A stretch of 64,000 bases of DNA from an uncultured Acetobacteraceae bacterium (GTDB taxonomy: Bacteria > Pseudomonadota > Alphaproteobacteria > Acetobacterales > Acetobacteraceae): contig CAZTJC010000016.1 of NCBI GenBank assembly GCA_964613945.1, positions 26,283 to 90,282 on the forward strand, in the 5' to 3' direction. This document shows, piece by piece, positions 9,427-19,442 of the stretch. How positions within the stretch are numbered: position 1 is the stretch's first letter; every line of letters begins with the position of its first letter. A program made the position numbers and the translations under genes. The notes below the pieces were generated by a model, which saw only the letters and a list, made by a program, of their open reading frames with translations, was not told where the DNA came from and did not search any database.

Positions 9427-10530
9427 CTATCCCTTTGGTGTTGCGGTCGCGGCCAGCACGGCGGTCGCGGCGTCGCTGGAGTCAAGCCGAGCCAGGATCG
9501 ACAGGCCGTTCTTTGCCCGACCCACGTTCTTGTTGATGTAATCGGCGTCGGCCGGAAATAAGGCGGCACGCCAGGCATTAACCAGGATCAAAGCCGCCTG
9601 CCTCGCTCGGATGAGCGGCACGAGCATCCTGGCGTCCAGGGGCGAGAGCGGCAGTACCGCAGCGTAGCCGGCGATCAGCGCTTCCGCGCCGCCGAGCGCC
9701 GACGCCGGGTCGAGCACGAAATGGCTTGCCGCGACCGCCAGGTCCTGCAGGCGGGGCGCCCAGCCGCCATCGCCGAAATCGATAAAGGCGACTCGGTCGC
9801 CATGAAGGAACATGTTGTGCGGGCTCGGATCGTTATGCGTCACCTGCCAGGGCAGCTCGGGTAGCAGCGGCAATGCCGTCTCGACATAGCGCCGCATCGC
9901 GTCGCGCACGAGGTCCGCTGTCGGCGCATCGGCGACGTAGGGCAGGAAGTCGAGCAGGCCGGGCCAGCAGCCGATGTTCCACAGCACCGGGCGATCCTGC
10001 CCCGGCAGCACGAGCCCCGCCAACGCCGCGTCGAGCGCGCCGAGAGCCCGGCCCGCATGGTGAAGCTGCGTCGGCCCGATCGCTGCGCGACTCAATTGGA
10101 CGCCTTCGACGGCCGTCTGGACGTAGCCTGTGAGCCCGTCTTCCTCGAAGACAGCCTGACCCCCATTGGTGCGGATGAGCCGGGGCACGTCGAAGCCGGC
10201 GGATGCTTCCAGCCCGGCCAGCATGGCGCTCTGGAAACGAAAGCTCTCGACGCCCTCCGGCCGGGACGAAATCTTGAGGATGAGGGGCGCTGTTCCGGGC
10301 CCTTGGAGAAGCGCTGTGTGTTCCGCTTCCGACGACACGGGATCGATCGTGCCCGTCCAGCCGTAATGGCGCGCCAGCACCGCCGCCAGCCGTTCGGGCC
10401 AGGCACCGGCCGGCGTCGCCAGCACCCGTTTAGCGGCTTCGAAACGGTCACGAAGAACGCGTGTCGTATCAGATTGGAAGCTGGCATCCGAGCATTGCGC
10501 TGACATGGTCAGTGTTTCAGCCTGGGGCAT
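9427..10530 (-). CDS. APH-fold phosphotransferase (hydroxylysine-kinase/aminoglycoside-kinase-like)
   Basis: Kinase motifs VTHNDPSPHNMF (HxDxxxxN) and IDFGD. Alternative start at 10506 (MSAQCS). Confidence 0.82.
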   Translation of the reverse strand: MPQAETLTMSAQCSDASFQSDTTRVLRDRFEAAKRVLATPAGAWPERLAAVLARHYGWTGTIDPVSSEAEHTALLQGPGTAPLILKISSRPEGVESFRFQSAMLAGLEASAGFDVPRLIRTNGGQAVFEEDGLTGYVQTAVEGVQLSRAAIGPTQLHHAGRALGALDAALAGLVLPGQDRPVLWNIGCWPGLLDFLPYVADAPTADLVRDAMRRYVETALPLLPELPWQVTHNDPSPHNMFLHGDRVAFIDFGDGGWAPRLQDLAVAASHFVLDPASALGGAEALIAGYAAVLPLSPLDARMLVPLIRARQAALILVNAWRAALFPADADYINKNVGRAKNGLSILARLDSSDAATAVLAATATPKG

Positions 10531-12202
10531 CGAGGGCGAAGTCGTGGCGCTTTTGCAATGATGACGCAGGAACGGACGTCGCCTCCATGTCGAGGCCGTC
10601 GAGCCAGGTCGGGTCGAGTTGCGGGATGGAGCGGAACAGCAGGCGCGAATACGGATGGCTCGCCCCGCTCAGCCCATTGACCGGCAGACGTTCAACCACC
10701 TCGCCCTTGAACATCACCGCGACCTCGTCGCAGATCGCCTCGACCACCGATAGGTCGTGGCTGATGAAGATGTAGGACAGCCCGAGCTCGGTCTGCAGTT
10801 CCTTGAGCAAGTCGATGATCGCGGCCGCGACGACGGTGTCGAGCGCGGAGGTGATCTCGTCGCAGAGGATCAGCTTCGGTTGCGCGGCCAGCGCGCGGGC
10901 GAAGTTCACCCGCTGCTTCTGGCCGCCCGAAAGTTCCCCGGGCCGGCGGTGTCGCACGGCCCGGGGCAGGTGCACCATGTCCAGCAACCGGTCCACTTCC
11001 GCGCTGCGGGCGCGGGCGTCGCGCATGCCGTAGAACTGCATCGGCCGGGCCAGGATGTCGCCGATCGCGATCGCCGGGTTGAGCGCGGTGTCGGCGTGCT
11101 GGAACACGATTTGGATGGCGCGCAGCACGTCGCGAGGCCGGTCGGCGATGCCGGCGCCGAGACGGGCGCCGTCGAAGGTGACCGTGCCGGCCCCGGGCAG
11201 GATGCCGGCGATCACGCGCGCCAGGCTGGACTTGCCGGAGCCGGACTCGCCGATGATGCCGAGGTTGGTGCCGCGCTTGAGCTGCAGGTTGATGTCGCTG
11301 ACTGCACGCACGATCGGCAGGCCGTCCGACCCGCGCTTGCCGTAGCCGGCCGTGACGCCGGACAGTTCGAGCAAGGGCGGCGACGGGTCCGCCGTGGCGG
11401 CGGTCGCCGGGCTGCGTGGATGCGGTGCAAAGGCTGCGACCAGCTCCTGCGTATAGGGGTGCGTCGGGGCGTGCAGGATTTCCAGCACGGTGCCGGTTTC
11501 CTGCACTTCACCGTGCCGCAGCACCACGATACGGTCCGCCACCTGCGCGACCACGGCGAGATCGTGCGACACGTAGACGCCGGCGATCCCGGTGGCGCGC
11601 ATCACCGATTTGAAGGCGCGCAGCACCTCGATCTGTGTGGTGACGTCGAGCGCCGTGGTCGGCTCGTCGAACACCACCACCTTGGGCCCGGCGATCAACG
11701 CCATGGCCGCCGCCAGCCGCTGCAACTGGCCGCCGGAGACCTGGTGCGGATAGCGGTCGCCGATGGTCTCCGGGTTCGGCAGCGACAGCGCCCGGAACAG
11801 CTCCACCGCTCGTATCCGCGCCTCTGCCGACTTCATGACCCGGTGGATGCGGGTCACCTCGATGACCTGCTCCATGATGCGCGTCATCGGGTTGAACGCC
11901 GCCGCGGCGCTCTGCGGCACATAGGCGACTTCGCAGCCGCGGATGGCGGCGCGCTCCGCCGGAGCGAGGGCGGCCATGTCACGACCATGGACCAGCACCT
12001 GGCCGGATACGATGCTGCAGCCCGGCCTGGTGTGTCCGAGCAAGGTCAGCGCCACGGTGGTCTTGCCCGAGCCGCTTTCGCCGATCAGCGCCACGACCTC
12101 GCCCTGGGCGACGTCGAGGCTGATGCCGCGGATGATCTCGATCGTGCGCCCTGAGTCGGATACGGCGCTGACATGGAGGTCGCGGATGCTGACGGCGGTC
12201 AT
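10517..12202 (-). CDS. ABC transporter ATP-binding protein, fused double ATPase (DppD/DppF-like)
   Basis: Trimmed to MTAVSIRDLHV (ATG at 12202, ATGA overlap with the permease stop). Two Walker A motifs (GESGSGKTT, GESGSGKSS) and two signatures (VSGGQLQR, LSGGQKQR). Confidence 0.9.
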   Translation of the reverse strand: MTAVSIRDLHVSAVSDSGRTIEIIRGISLDVAQGEVVALIGESGSGKTTVALTLLGHTRPGCSIVSGQVLVHGRDMAALAPAERAAIRGCEVAYVPQSAAAAFNPMTRIMEQVIEVTRIHRVMKSAEARIRAVELFRALSLPNPETIGDRYPHQVSGGQLQRLAAAMALIAGPKVVVFDEPTTALDVTTQIEVLRAFKSVMRATGIAGVYVSHDLAVVAQVADRIVVLRHGEVQETGTVLEILHAPTHPYTQELVAAFAPHPRSPATAATADPSPPLLELSGVTAGYGKRGSDGLPIVRAVSDINLQLKRGTNLGIIGESGSGKSSLARVIAGILPGAGTVTFDGARLGAGIADRPRDVLRAIQIVFQHADTALNPAIAIGDILARPMQFYGMRDARARSAEVDRLLDMVHLPRAVRHRRPGELSGGQKQRVNFARALAAQPKLILCDEITSALDTVVAAAIIDLLKELQTELGLSYIFISHDLSVVEAICDEVAVMFKGEVVERLPVNGLSGASHPYSRLLFRSIPQLDPTWLDGLDMEATSVPASSLQKRHDFALDAPG

Positions 12203-13065
12203 TCGGCGCGGTCCCGGATGCGGCGTGGCAGGTTGTCGATGAACAGGTTGACGCTGACCGTCAGCGTGGCGATGGCGATCGAGGGCACGATCACTGCCGG
12301 AGCGCCCTGCGACAGCCCGCCGATGTTCTCGCGCACCAGTGCGCCCCAATCTGCGTAAGGCGGCTGCAGGCCCAGGCCGAGGAACGACAGGCCGGAGAGC
12401 AGCAGCACGATGAACACGTAGCGCAGACCCAGATCGGCCAGCACGGGGCCGGTGATGTTGGGCAGGATCTCGGTGCGGATCAGGTAGGGCACGCGCTCGC
12501 CGCGCGCCCTGGCCACCAGGATGAAGTCCATCGCGCCGATGTTGACTCCCAGCGCGCGGGAGAAGCGATAGGCGCCGGGCGTGTAGATGATCCCCAGCGT
12601 CACGATCAGCACTGGGATCGACGAGCCGAGGGCGGCGACCACCAGCAGGCCGAACAGCTTGCTCGGGATCGAGCTGGCGGCGTCGAGCAGGCGGCTGAGC
12701 ACGATGTCCGTCCAGCCGCGCGACACGGCGGCGGTCATGCCGAGCAGCACGCCGAGCCCGGAGGCGATGCAGACCGAGACCACCGAGATGCCCACCGTGT
12801 AGCGGGCGCCCATGATGGTGCGGGACAGCATGTCGCGGCCGAGATAATCCGTCCCGAGCAGCCCGACACCGCCGAGCGGGCCGAAGAAATCGTCGTCGAT
12901 GATCTCGCCGACCGGATGCGGAATGATCCACGGTCCGATGATGGCGACGACGATCCAGAACAGGATAACCGCGCCGGCGACCATGCCGACCGGGCTGAAG
13001 CTGAAGGCGCGTCCGCGCCGGCGCGGGGCGGCGAGGGCAACCTCGTCGACGATCGGCGCCATCAT
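12199..13065 (-). CDS. ABC transporter permease (DppC/OppC-like)
   Basis: Trimmed to MMAPIVDEV (ATGA overlap with the upstream permease stop at 13062-13065). Multi-TM protein in the Dpp/Opp permease family style. Confidence 0.88.
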   Translation of the reverse strand: MMAPIVDEVALAAPRRRGRAFSFSPVGMVAGAVILFWIVVAIIGPWIIPHPVGEIIDDDFFGPLGGVGLLGTDYLGRDMLSRTIMGARYTVGISVVSVCIASGLGVLLGMTAAVSRGWTDIVLSRLLDAASSIPSKLFGLLVVAALGSSIPVLIVTLGIIYTPGAYRFSRALGVNIGAMDFILVARARGERVPYLIRTEILPNITGPVLADLGLRYVFIVLLLSGLSFLGLGLQPPYADWGALVRENIGGLSQGAPAVIVPSIAIATLTVSVNLFIDNLPRRIRDRAE

Positions 13066-14012
13066 CGGATCGTCGGATTGGCGGCGATGGCCACGATGTC
13101 GGCCGCGGTGGTCAGCAGGAGATGGGCGAGGCAGAAGATCATCGCGCAACTCTGAATAAGGGGGAGGTCCCGGGTCTCGACCCCGTCAACCATCAGCTTG
13201 GCGATGCCCGGGTAGTTGAACACGGTCTCGACGATGATGATGCCGCCCACGAGGTAGGCCAGCGAGAGTGCCGCGGCGTTGGCGATGGGTCCGATGGAGT
13301 TCGGCAGCGCGTGGCGCAGCACGATGCGTGCGCGGGAGGCGCCCTTGAGCAACGCCATCTCGACATAGGACGTGCCGAGCGTCTCGATCAGGGCCGCCCG
13401 CGTCATGCGGATCATCTGCGCCGAGACCACGAAGGTCAGCGTAATGACCGGCATGGCGTAGGCGCGCAACATGCCCGCCCAGCTCGCTCCGCTGGCGTTC
13501 ATCGACAGCGCCGGCAGCCAGCCGAGATAGACCGCGAACAGCAGCACCGCGCAGGTCGCGACCATGAACTCGGGAACCGAAATGACGCCGATCGTCAGGG
13601 CGGAGACGATGCGGTCGTATACGCTGCCGCGGTAAAGCGCCGTGGTGATGCCCAGGCTCAGCGATAGCGGCAACGCCACCAGCGTGGTGATGCCCGCCAG
13701 CTTCAGGGTCTGCGCCAGCCGGCCGCCGATCAGTTGCTGGATCGGCAGGTTGTTGACGTAGGACATGCCGAAATCGCCGTGCATCATGGCCCAGCCCCAT
13801 TGGACGAAGCGGATCGCGGCGGGCTGGTCCAGATGCATCGCATGCCGCAAGCCGGCAACCGCCTCGGGCGTCGCCGATTGGCCGAGCAACACGGTGGCCG
13901 TATCGCCCGGCAGCAAGCTGGTGGCGAAGAACACGGCCGATGACACGAGCGCCAAGGTGAGCAAGGCGCTGGTCAGGCGCTGGAGGACGAGAACGACGGC
14001 CCAGTGCTGCAT
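13062..14012 (-). CDS. ABC transporter permease (DppB/OppB-like)
   Basis: 316 aa. Typical N-terminus VLQRLTSALLTLALVSSAVFFATSLLPGD and the C-terminal block YPGIAKLMVDGV. Confidence 0.9.
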   Translation of the reverse strand: MQHWAVVLVLQRLTSALLTLALVSSAVFFATSLLPGDTATVLLGQSATPEAVAGLRHAMHLDQPAAIRFVQWGWAMMHGDFGMSYVNNLPIQQLIGGRLAQTLKLAGITTLVALPLSLSLGITTALYRGSVYDRIVSALTIGVISVPEFMVATCAVLLFAVYLGWLPALSMNASGASWAGMLRAYAMPVITLTFVVSAQMIRMTRAALIETLGTSYVEMALLKGASRARIVLRHALPNSIGPIANAAALSLAYLVGGIIIVETVFNYPGIAKLMVDGVETRDLPLIQSCAMIFCLAHLLLTTAADIVAIAANPTIR

Positions 14013-14125
14013 GCAGGATCCGAACGATTGTTACGGTTACTACCCTGGCGCTTCCTCGCTCGAGTGATGCCAGTATTCAGCAAGAAGCGGGTCAGTAGCA
14101 GCGCTACCGGCCCGTTCACCGATGT

Positions 14126-15775
14126 TCAGCCCTCAAACCAGACGAGTGCCGGTGCCCGATAGCCGGACAAGCCGCCGAGCGGGTTCTCGACCAGGCCCTT
14201 GACCTTGGCATTCAGCGCGTCGATGCCGGCGTTGTAGGCAGGGATGATGGTGCCCGCGTCATCGCTGACCATTGTCTGCATCTCGCCATACATCTCCCTG
14301 CGCTTGGCCTGGTCGAGCTGACCGCGCGCCTCGACCAGCATTCCGTCGAACTTCTCGCTCTTGTAGCGGCTCTCGTTCCAGGGTGCGTTCGAGGCATAGA
14401 ATGTCGAGAACAGGATGTCCGGCGTGGGACGGTAGTTGTTGTTGCCGAAATGGACCGGCGCCTTTAGCCAGTATTTGTCCCAGTAGCCGTCCGACGGGAC
14501 ACGCTGGACGTCGATCTTGAGCCCGATCGGCGCCGCATCCGACTGCAGGATCATGGCCATGTCGACCGACGAGCCCACGGCGTCCGATGCGGTGATGGCG
14601 ATGGTCTGCCCGATCATGCCGGCCTTGTTCAGGTGGAACTTGGCCTTGTCCGGGTCGAACGCGCGCGGCTTGAGCGCATCGTTGCGCAACGGGTTGCCGG
14701 GGAAGACGGGTTGGTCGTTGCCGAGCGAGCCCTGGCCGCGCAGCGCCGAACGCAGGATGGTTTCGCGATTGACCAGCGACTTCAGGCCCAGCACGAAATC
14801 GGCCTTGTCGCCGGGCGACATGTCGAGGCGGACGTTGATGTCGTTGTAGCTGTTCGATGGGCTGCGAGCCATGGTGAAGCCCGGCTTGCCTTCGAGCTGC
14901 CGCATCGCCCGCGGGTTGATCGCGGCGGCAATGTGGACGTCACCGGAGAGCAGCGCGTTGATGCGGGCGGTGTCGTCGGCGATCGGGAATTGCTCGAACG
15001 AGTCGACGTAGGGTCCGCCGCCGGTCTTCCAGTAGGAGTCGTTGCGGCGCATGAGGCTGCGCACGCCGGGCTCGAACGATTGCAGGATAAACGGACCGGT
15101 GCCGTTGCCCTTGGCAAAATCCGTGGTGCCGTCGGCGACGATCAGGAAATGCTGCAGGGTGAAGATGATCGGCAGGTCGGCGTTGGCGGCGGCGAGCGTC
15201 ACTTCAACCGTGTGGTCGTCGATCGCCTTGAAGCCGGTCATCTGCTTGGCGATGTTGCTCACCTTCGAGCCGGTCGCCGGGTCGAGATGCCGCTTGAGGG
15301 TGAAGATCACGTCGGCGGCGGTGAACGGCTTGCCGTCGTGGAACGTCACGCCGCGGCGCAACTTGACCGTCCAGACCTTGGCGTCGGCCGTGTCGATCGC
15401 TTCGGCCAGCTCCATGACGACGTTGCTGTTCGCATCAAGGTTGGTCAGCCGATCATAGAGCGCGATGCAGCGCGTGTAGTCGGTCGAGTTGGAGCCGCGG
15501 GCCGGGTCGAGCGTGTCGGCGGTCGAGCCGGTGAAGCCGGCGATCTTGAGATGTCCGCCCTTGGACGGCGCCGCCATGGCGGGTCGCGTCTGCCCGATGA
15601 TGGCACCGGCGGCTGACAACGAGATGCCGCCGGCCACGAGCATGCGCAGCAGGTCACGCCGACTGGCGCCGCTTCGCACGGCGGCCTCGACGGCGGTGTC
15701 GTCGGCCAAAGTCCAAGTCGAGGGTTTCACGGACAAGCTGTTGCTCCTTGGGCTGGGTGAGGCGATCTCAGGCAA
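14126..15775 (-). CDS. ABC transporter substrate-binding protein, family 5 (peptide/opine/nickel type), Tat-type signal
   Basis: 549 aa. Twin-arginine signal SRRDLLRMLVAGGISLSAAGAIIG..AMA. Family-5 SBP-like length and sequence style. The exact start is uncertain. Confidence 0.85.
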   Translation of the reverse strand: MPEIASPSPRSNSLSVKPSTWTLADDTAVEAAVRSGASRRDLLRMLVAGGISLSAAGAIIGQTRPAMAAPSKGGHLKIAGFTGSTADTLDPARGSNSTDYTRCIALYDRLTNLDANSNVVMELAEAIDTADAKVWTVKLRRGVTFHDGKPFTAADVIFTLKRHLDPATGSKVSNIAKQMTGFKAIDDHTVEVTLAAANADLPIIFTLQHFLIVADGTTDFAKGNGTGPFILQSFEPGVRSLMRRNDSYWKTGGGPYVDSFEQFPIADDTARINALLSGDVHIAAAINPRAMRQLEGKPGFTMARSPSNSYNDINVRLDMSPGDKADFVLGLKSLVNRETILRSALRGQGSLGNDQPVFPGNPLRNDALKPRAFDPDKAKFHLNKAGMIGQTIAITASDAVGSSVDMAMILQSDAAPIGLKIDVQRVPSDGYWDKYWLKAPVHFGNNNYRPTPDILFSTFYASNAPWNESRYKSEKFDGMLVEARGQLDQAKRREMYGEMQTMVSDDAGTIIPAYNAGIDALNAKVKGLVENPLGGLSGYRAPALVWFEG

Positions 15776-15796
15776 GGCGGTCGGTATGGGGGCGGG

Positions 15797-17176
15797 CTAG
15801 CTCATCGCCCGCCGCACGTCGGGATCCTCCAGCGTCTGATCCAGCGTCAGCCGGGTGCGTTGCAGGATCGCGTCGATGTCGGCGTCCGTGCAGCACAGCG
15901 GCGGCGCGAACCCGAGCACGCCCTGGGCAAAGGCACGGATGATGAGGCCGTTGTCCCAGGCGCGGTCGAAGACGCGGGTGGCCGGTATCGCGGCGGCCGG
16001 CAGTGGCGTCCTGGCGGCCTTGTCGACCACCAGTTCCACCGCCGCCAACATGCCGCGGCCCCGTACCTCGCCGACCAGCGGGTGGTCGCGCAACGCTTCC
16101 AGCCCCTGCATCAGCCGTGCGCCGGCGCGGCGGCCGTTCTCGAGCAGGCCGTCATCGTAGAGCTTCAGCACCGCCAGGCCGACGGCGGCGCTGACGGGGT
16201 GGCCGGAATAGGTCTGGCCGTGCCCGACCGCTGCCTCGCCCGCGCCCTCGGCGATGGTCGCATACACGCGGTCCGACATCAGCAACGCGCCCATCGGCGC
16301 ATAACCGGAGGTCAGGCCCTTGGCGACCGTCATCAGGTCCGGGACGATGCCTTCGTCTTCGCACGCGAACAGCGGCCCGGTGCGGCCGAATCCGGTGATC
16401 ACCTCGTCGGCGACGAACAGCACCTCGTGCTCCGCGCACCAATTCCGCACCGCGGCCAGCCAGCCCGGCGGCGGCACGACCACGCCGCCGGAGCCCTGGA
16501 TCGGCTCAACGAAGAAGGCGGCGATCCGATCCGCGCCGAGCCGCCCGGCCAGCGCGTCCAGTTCGGCCAGCGACGCCGCGATGATCGTCGCCGGGTCGGT
16601 GCCGACCGGGTTGCGGTAGGGGTAGGGCGAGGCGATCTTGTGCTGCCAGTCGAACGGCACGCCGAAGCCGGTATGGAACGAGGGTATGGCGGTCAGACCG
16701 GCGCCCACCGTGGACGAGCCGTGATAGCCCTGGCCGACGGAGATGAACTGATCACGCTGCGGCTGCTTCCGCGAATACCAGTAATACCGGATGAACCGGA
16801 CCGCGCCATCGACGGCGTCCGAGCCGCCGAGGGTGAAATACACGCGGTTGAGGTCGCCGGGCGCCCGGTCGGCCAGTTCGGCGGCCAGCCGGATCGCCGG
16901 CTCGGAGCCGAGGCCGAAATAGGTGGTGGCGTAGGGTAGCTCACGCATTTGCTGCGCCGCCGCCTCGACCACGGCTTCATGGCCGTAGCCGGCATTGACG
17001 CACCACAGCCCGGCGAACCCATCCACCAGCTGTCGCCCCGTAGAATCCGTCACCGTGGCGCCCTTGCCGGACGTCAATACGCGCACCCCCTTGCGCTCGT
17101 GCGCATGGGGCGATGCGACGGGGTGAATAAAATGCCGGCGGTCCAGTTCGACCAGGGAGTTCGACAGCGTGCTCAT
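15797..17176 (-). CDS. class-III aminotransferase (omega-amine:pyruvate / SpuC-like)
   Basis: 459 aa. GLWCVNAGYGH, FVEPIQGSGGVVVPP, ADEVITGFGRTG, and the PLP-lysine context PDLMTVAKGLTSGYAPMG. Confidence 0.88.
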   Translation of the reverse strand: MSTLSNSLVELDRRHFIHPVASPHAHERKGVRVLTSGKGATVTDSTGRQLVDGFAGLWCVNAGYGHEAVVEAAAQQMRELPYATTYFGLGSEPAIRLAAELADRAPGDLNRVYFTLGGSDAVDGAVRFIRYYWYSRKQPQRDQFISVGQGYHGSSTVGAGLTAIPSFHTGFGVPFDWQHKIASPYPYRNPVGTDPATIIAASLAELDALAGRLGADRIAAFFVEPIQGSGGVVVPPPGWLAAVRNWCAEHEVLFVADEVITGFGRTGPLFACEDEGIVPDLMTVAKGLTSGYAPMGALLMSDRVYATIAEGAGEAAVGHGQTYSGHPVSAAVGLAVLKLYDDGLLENGRRAGARLMQGLEALRDHPLVGEVRGRGMLAAVELVVDKAARTPLPAAAIPATRVFDRAWDNGLIIRAFAQGVLGFAPPLCCTDADIDAILQRTRLTLDQTLEDPDVRRAMS

Positions 17177-17179
17177 GGG

Positions 17180-17872
17180 TTACGCCGCCGCGGCCGCGGG
17201 CAGGCCCAACAGGTCGGCGACGCCGCCGATATCGGCCACTTCGTAATGTTCGACATAGGGGATCACCGGCTCGTGGTTCCGGTTGACCCAGCATTTGTTG
17301 GTGATGCCGGCATCGGTTGCCGTCAGCAGGTCGTAGCGGAACGAGGATGAGACGTGCAGCATGTCTTCCGGCACGACGCCGAGCTGATCGAACATGTCGT
17401 CGAAGCCTTTCATCCGCGGCTTGTAGGACTGCACCTGCTCGGCGGTGATGATGGCGTGGAACGGCACGCCGAACTGGTTCATGTTCGACATGATCTGCGA
17501 GTCCATCGAGTTGGTCAGGCCGACCAGCGGGAACTCGCGGGCCAACCGGGCCAGCCCGGCGGGTGCGTCCGGGTGCGGCTTCCAGTTCGGGATGTCATCA
17601 TAGATCTGTTGCGCGAACGCCGGGTCGTAGTCGATGCCGTTGCGGCGGCAGGTGCGCTCGAGCGCGTTGGCGATGACGTCGCGGAACGGCTTCCAGGGTC
17701 CCATTGTTTCATCGAAACGATAGCTCTTGAAGTGACGGGTGAACGTGTCGAGGGCGTCCGGGGAGAGGCGGTCGGCATACAGCTTCTTCGACCATTCCAC
17801 GTACGGGTTGTGGATGAGCGTGCCTTGACAGTCGAAGGAAATGAATTTGGGTCGACGCATGATGCCTCTCAC
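17180..17872 (-). CDS. HAD-superfamily hydrolase, haloacid-dehalogenase type II-like
   Basis: 230 aa. The N-terminal motif ISFDCQGTL resembles the DxYGTL motif of type II 2-haloacid dehalogenases. The start may be the Met at 17860. Confidence 0.7.
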   Translation of the reverse strand: MRGIMRRPKFISFDCQGTLIHNPYVEWSKKLYADRLSPDALDTFTRHFKSYRFDETMGPWKPFRDVIANALERTCRRNGIDYDPAFAQQIYDDIPNWKPHPDAPAGLARLAREFPLVGLTNSMDSQIMSNMNQFGVPFHAIITAEQVQSYKPRMKGFDDMFDQLGVVPEDMLHVSSSFRYDLLTATDAGITNKCWVNRNHEPVIPYVEHYEVADIGGVADLLGLPAAAAA

Positions 17873-17893
17873 AGAACTCGTTGAAGCCGTTTC

Positions 17894-19363
17894 CTAGACA
17901 GTCTGCCGTGTTTCGTAGCCAAGCACAGCCTTTGTCTCGAGGTACTCCTCGAAGCCGAATTGCCCGTATTCGCGCCCGTTCCCGGAGCGCTTGTAGCCGC
18001 CGAACGGGGCATCCGGACGCCAGGCCGGGTAGTTGATGTGCACCTGCCCGGCGCGGATGCGGCGGGCGACGGCACGCGCGGCGTCTAGGTCGCGCGACTG
18101 CACTTGCGCGCCGAGCCCGTAGACGGTGGCGTTGGCGATCTCGACGGCTTCGTCGACGGTGTCGTAGGGCTGGATGCTCAACACCGGGCCGAAGATCTCC
18201 TCGGCCGCGATGCGCATGTCGCGCGTCACCTCGGAGAACACGGTCGGCCGCGCGTAGAAGCCGTGGTCGAAACTGTCCGGCCGCCCGGTGCCGCCGCACA
18301 CCAGCTTGGCGCCTTCCGCCAGCCCGGCCGCGATCATCGCCTGCACCCGCTCGAACTGCGCCTGGTTGGCCAGCGGCCCCAGCACCGTTGTCTCGGATCG
18401 CGGATCGCCGACGATGCAGTTCTCGGCTGTGGCGGCGGCCAGGGCTTCCACTTCGGCCAGTAGCGCCCGCGGCACGATCATGCGGGTCGGCGCGCTGCAG
18501 GATTGTCCGACGTTGCGGAACCCGGCCATCACGCCGCGCGGCACGGCCTCGGCCAGGTCCGCATCCGGCAGGAGGATGTTGGGCGACTTGCCGCCCAACT
18601 CCTGCGTCACCCGCTTGACGGTCGGCGCCGCGGCCTGGGCGACCAGCACGCCGGCGCGGTTGGAGCCGGTGATCGAGACCATGTCGATCTCGGGGTGCGA
18701 CGCCAGCGCCGTGCCGACCTCGGGGCCGGTGCCGTTGACCAGGTTGAACACGCCTGGCGGCACGCCGGCATCGTGCATGATGCGCGCGAACAGCAGCGCG
18801 CTCAGCGGTGACAGTTCGCTCGGCTTCAAGACCATGGTGCAGCCCGCCGCCAGCGCCGGGCCGACCTTGGCGGCGATCTGGTACAGCGGCCAGTTCCAGG
18901 GCGTGATGAGGCCGCAGACGCCGATCGGCTCGCGCATGATCGCCATGCCGTCCCGCACCGTGGTGAACGGGTAGTCATCCAGCAGGTCCCGCGCGACGCG
19001 CAGGTGTTCGGCGGCTGCGGGCACCTGCGTGGCGCGGGCAAAGGCGATGGCGGCGCCCATCTCGAGCGAGATCGCCTGCGCCAATTGCTCCGCCCGTTCG
19101 AGCACGAGGGCGTGGATGCGGCCGATCACTGCGGCACGCTCGGCAGGCAGGGTGGCCGACCAGGCGGGGAACGCTGCGCGCGCGCAGCGTGCGGCGCGGT
19201 CCAGATCCGCGGCGGAGCCGAGCGCGAGATGGCCGATGGTCTGCTCGGTCGCCGGGTCGATCACCTGCACCGTCGCGGCCGACGCGGTGGCCCAGGCTCC
19301 GCCGACGTAAAGGCTTTCGCGGCCGAGCAGGTCAGCACCGGGGTGTTTTCCGAGTGTCTCCAT
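17894..19363 (-). CDS. NAD(P)-dependent aldehyde dehydrogenase
   Basis: 489 aa. ALDH signatures ELGGKSP and the catalytic-Cys region [13 protein letters not shown]. Confidence 0.92.
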   Translation of the reverse strand: METLGKHPGADLLGRESLYVGGAWATASAATVQVIDPATEQTIGHLALGSAADLDRAARCARAAFPAWSATLPAERAAVIGRIHALVLERAEQLAQAISLEMGAAIAFARATQVPAAAEHLRVARDLLDDYPFTTVRDGMAIMREPIGVCGLITPWNWPLYQIAAKVGPALAAGCTMVLKPSELSPLSALLFARIMHDAGVPPGVFNLVNGTGPEVGTALASHPEIDMVSITGSNRAGVLVAQAAAPTVKRVTQELGGKSPNILLPDADLAEAVPRGVMAGFRNVGQSCSAPTRMIVPRALLAEVEALAAATAENCIVGDPRSETTVLGPLANQAQFERVQAMIAAGLAEGAKLVCGGTGRPDSFDHGFYARPTVFSEVTRDMRIAAEEIFGPVLSIQPYDTVDEAVEIANATVYGLGAQVQSRDLDAARAVARRIRAGQVHINYPAWRPDAPFGGYKRSGNGREYGQFGFEEYLETKAVLGYETRQTV

Positions 19364-19442
19364 CGAGAGCGGCCCTTCGCGTTACGATTCCAATACTACA
19401 CAGCCCGGAACCGAGTAACATTTATGAGATCGCCAAACTGGA

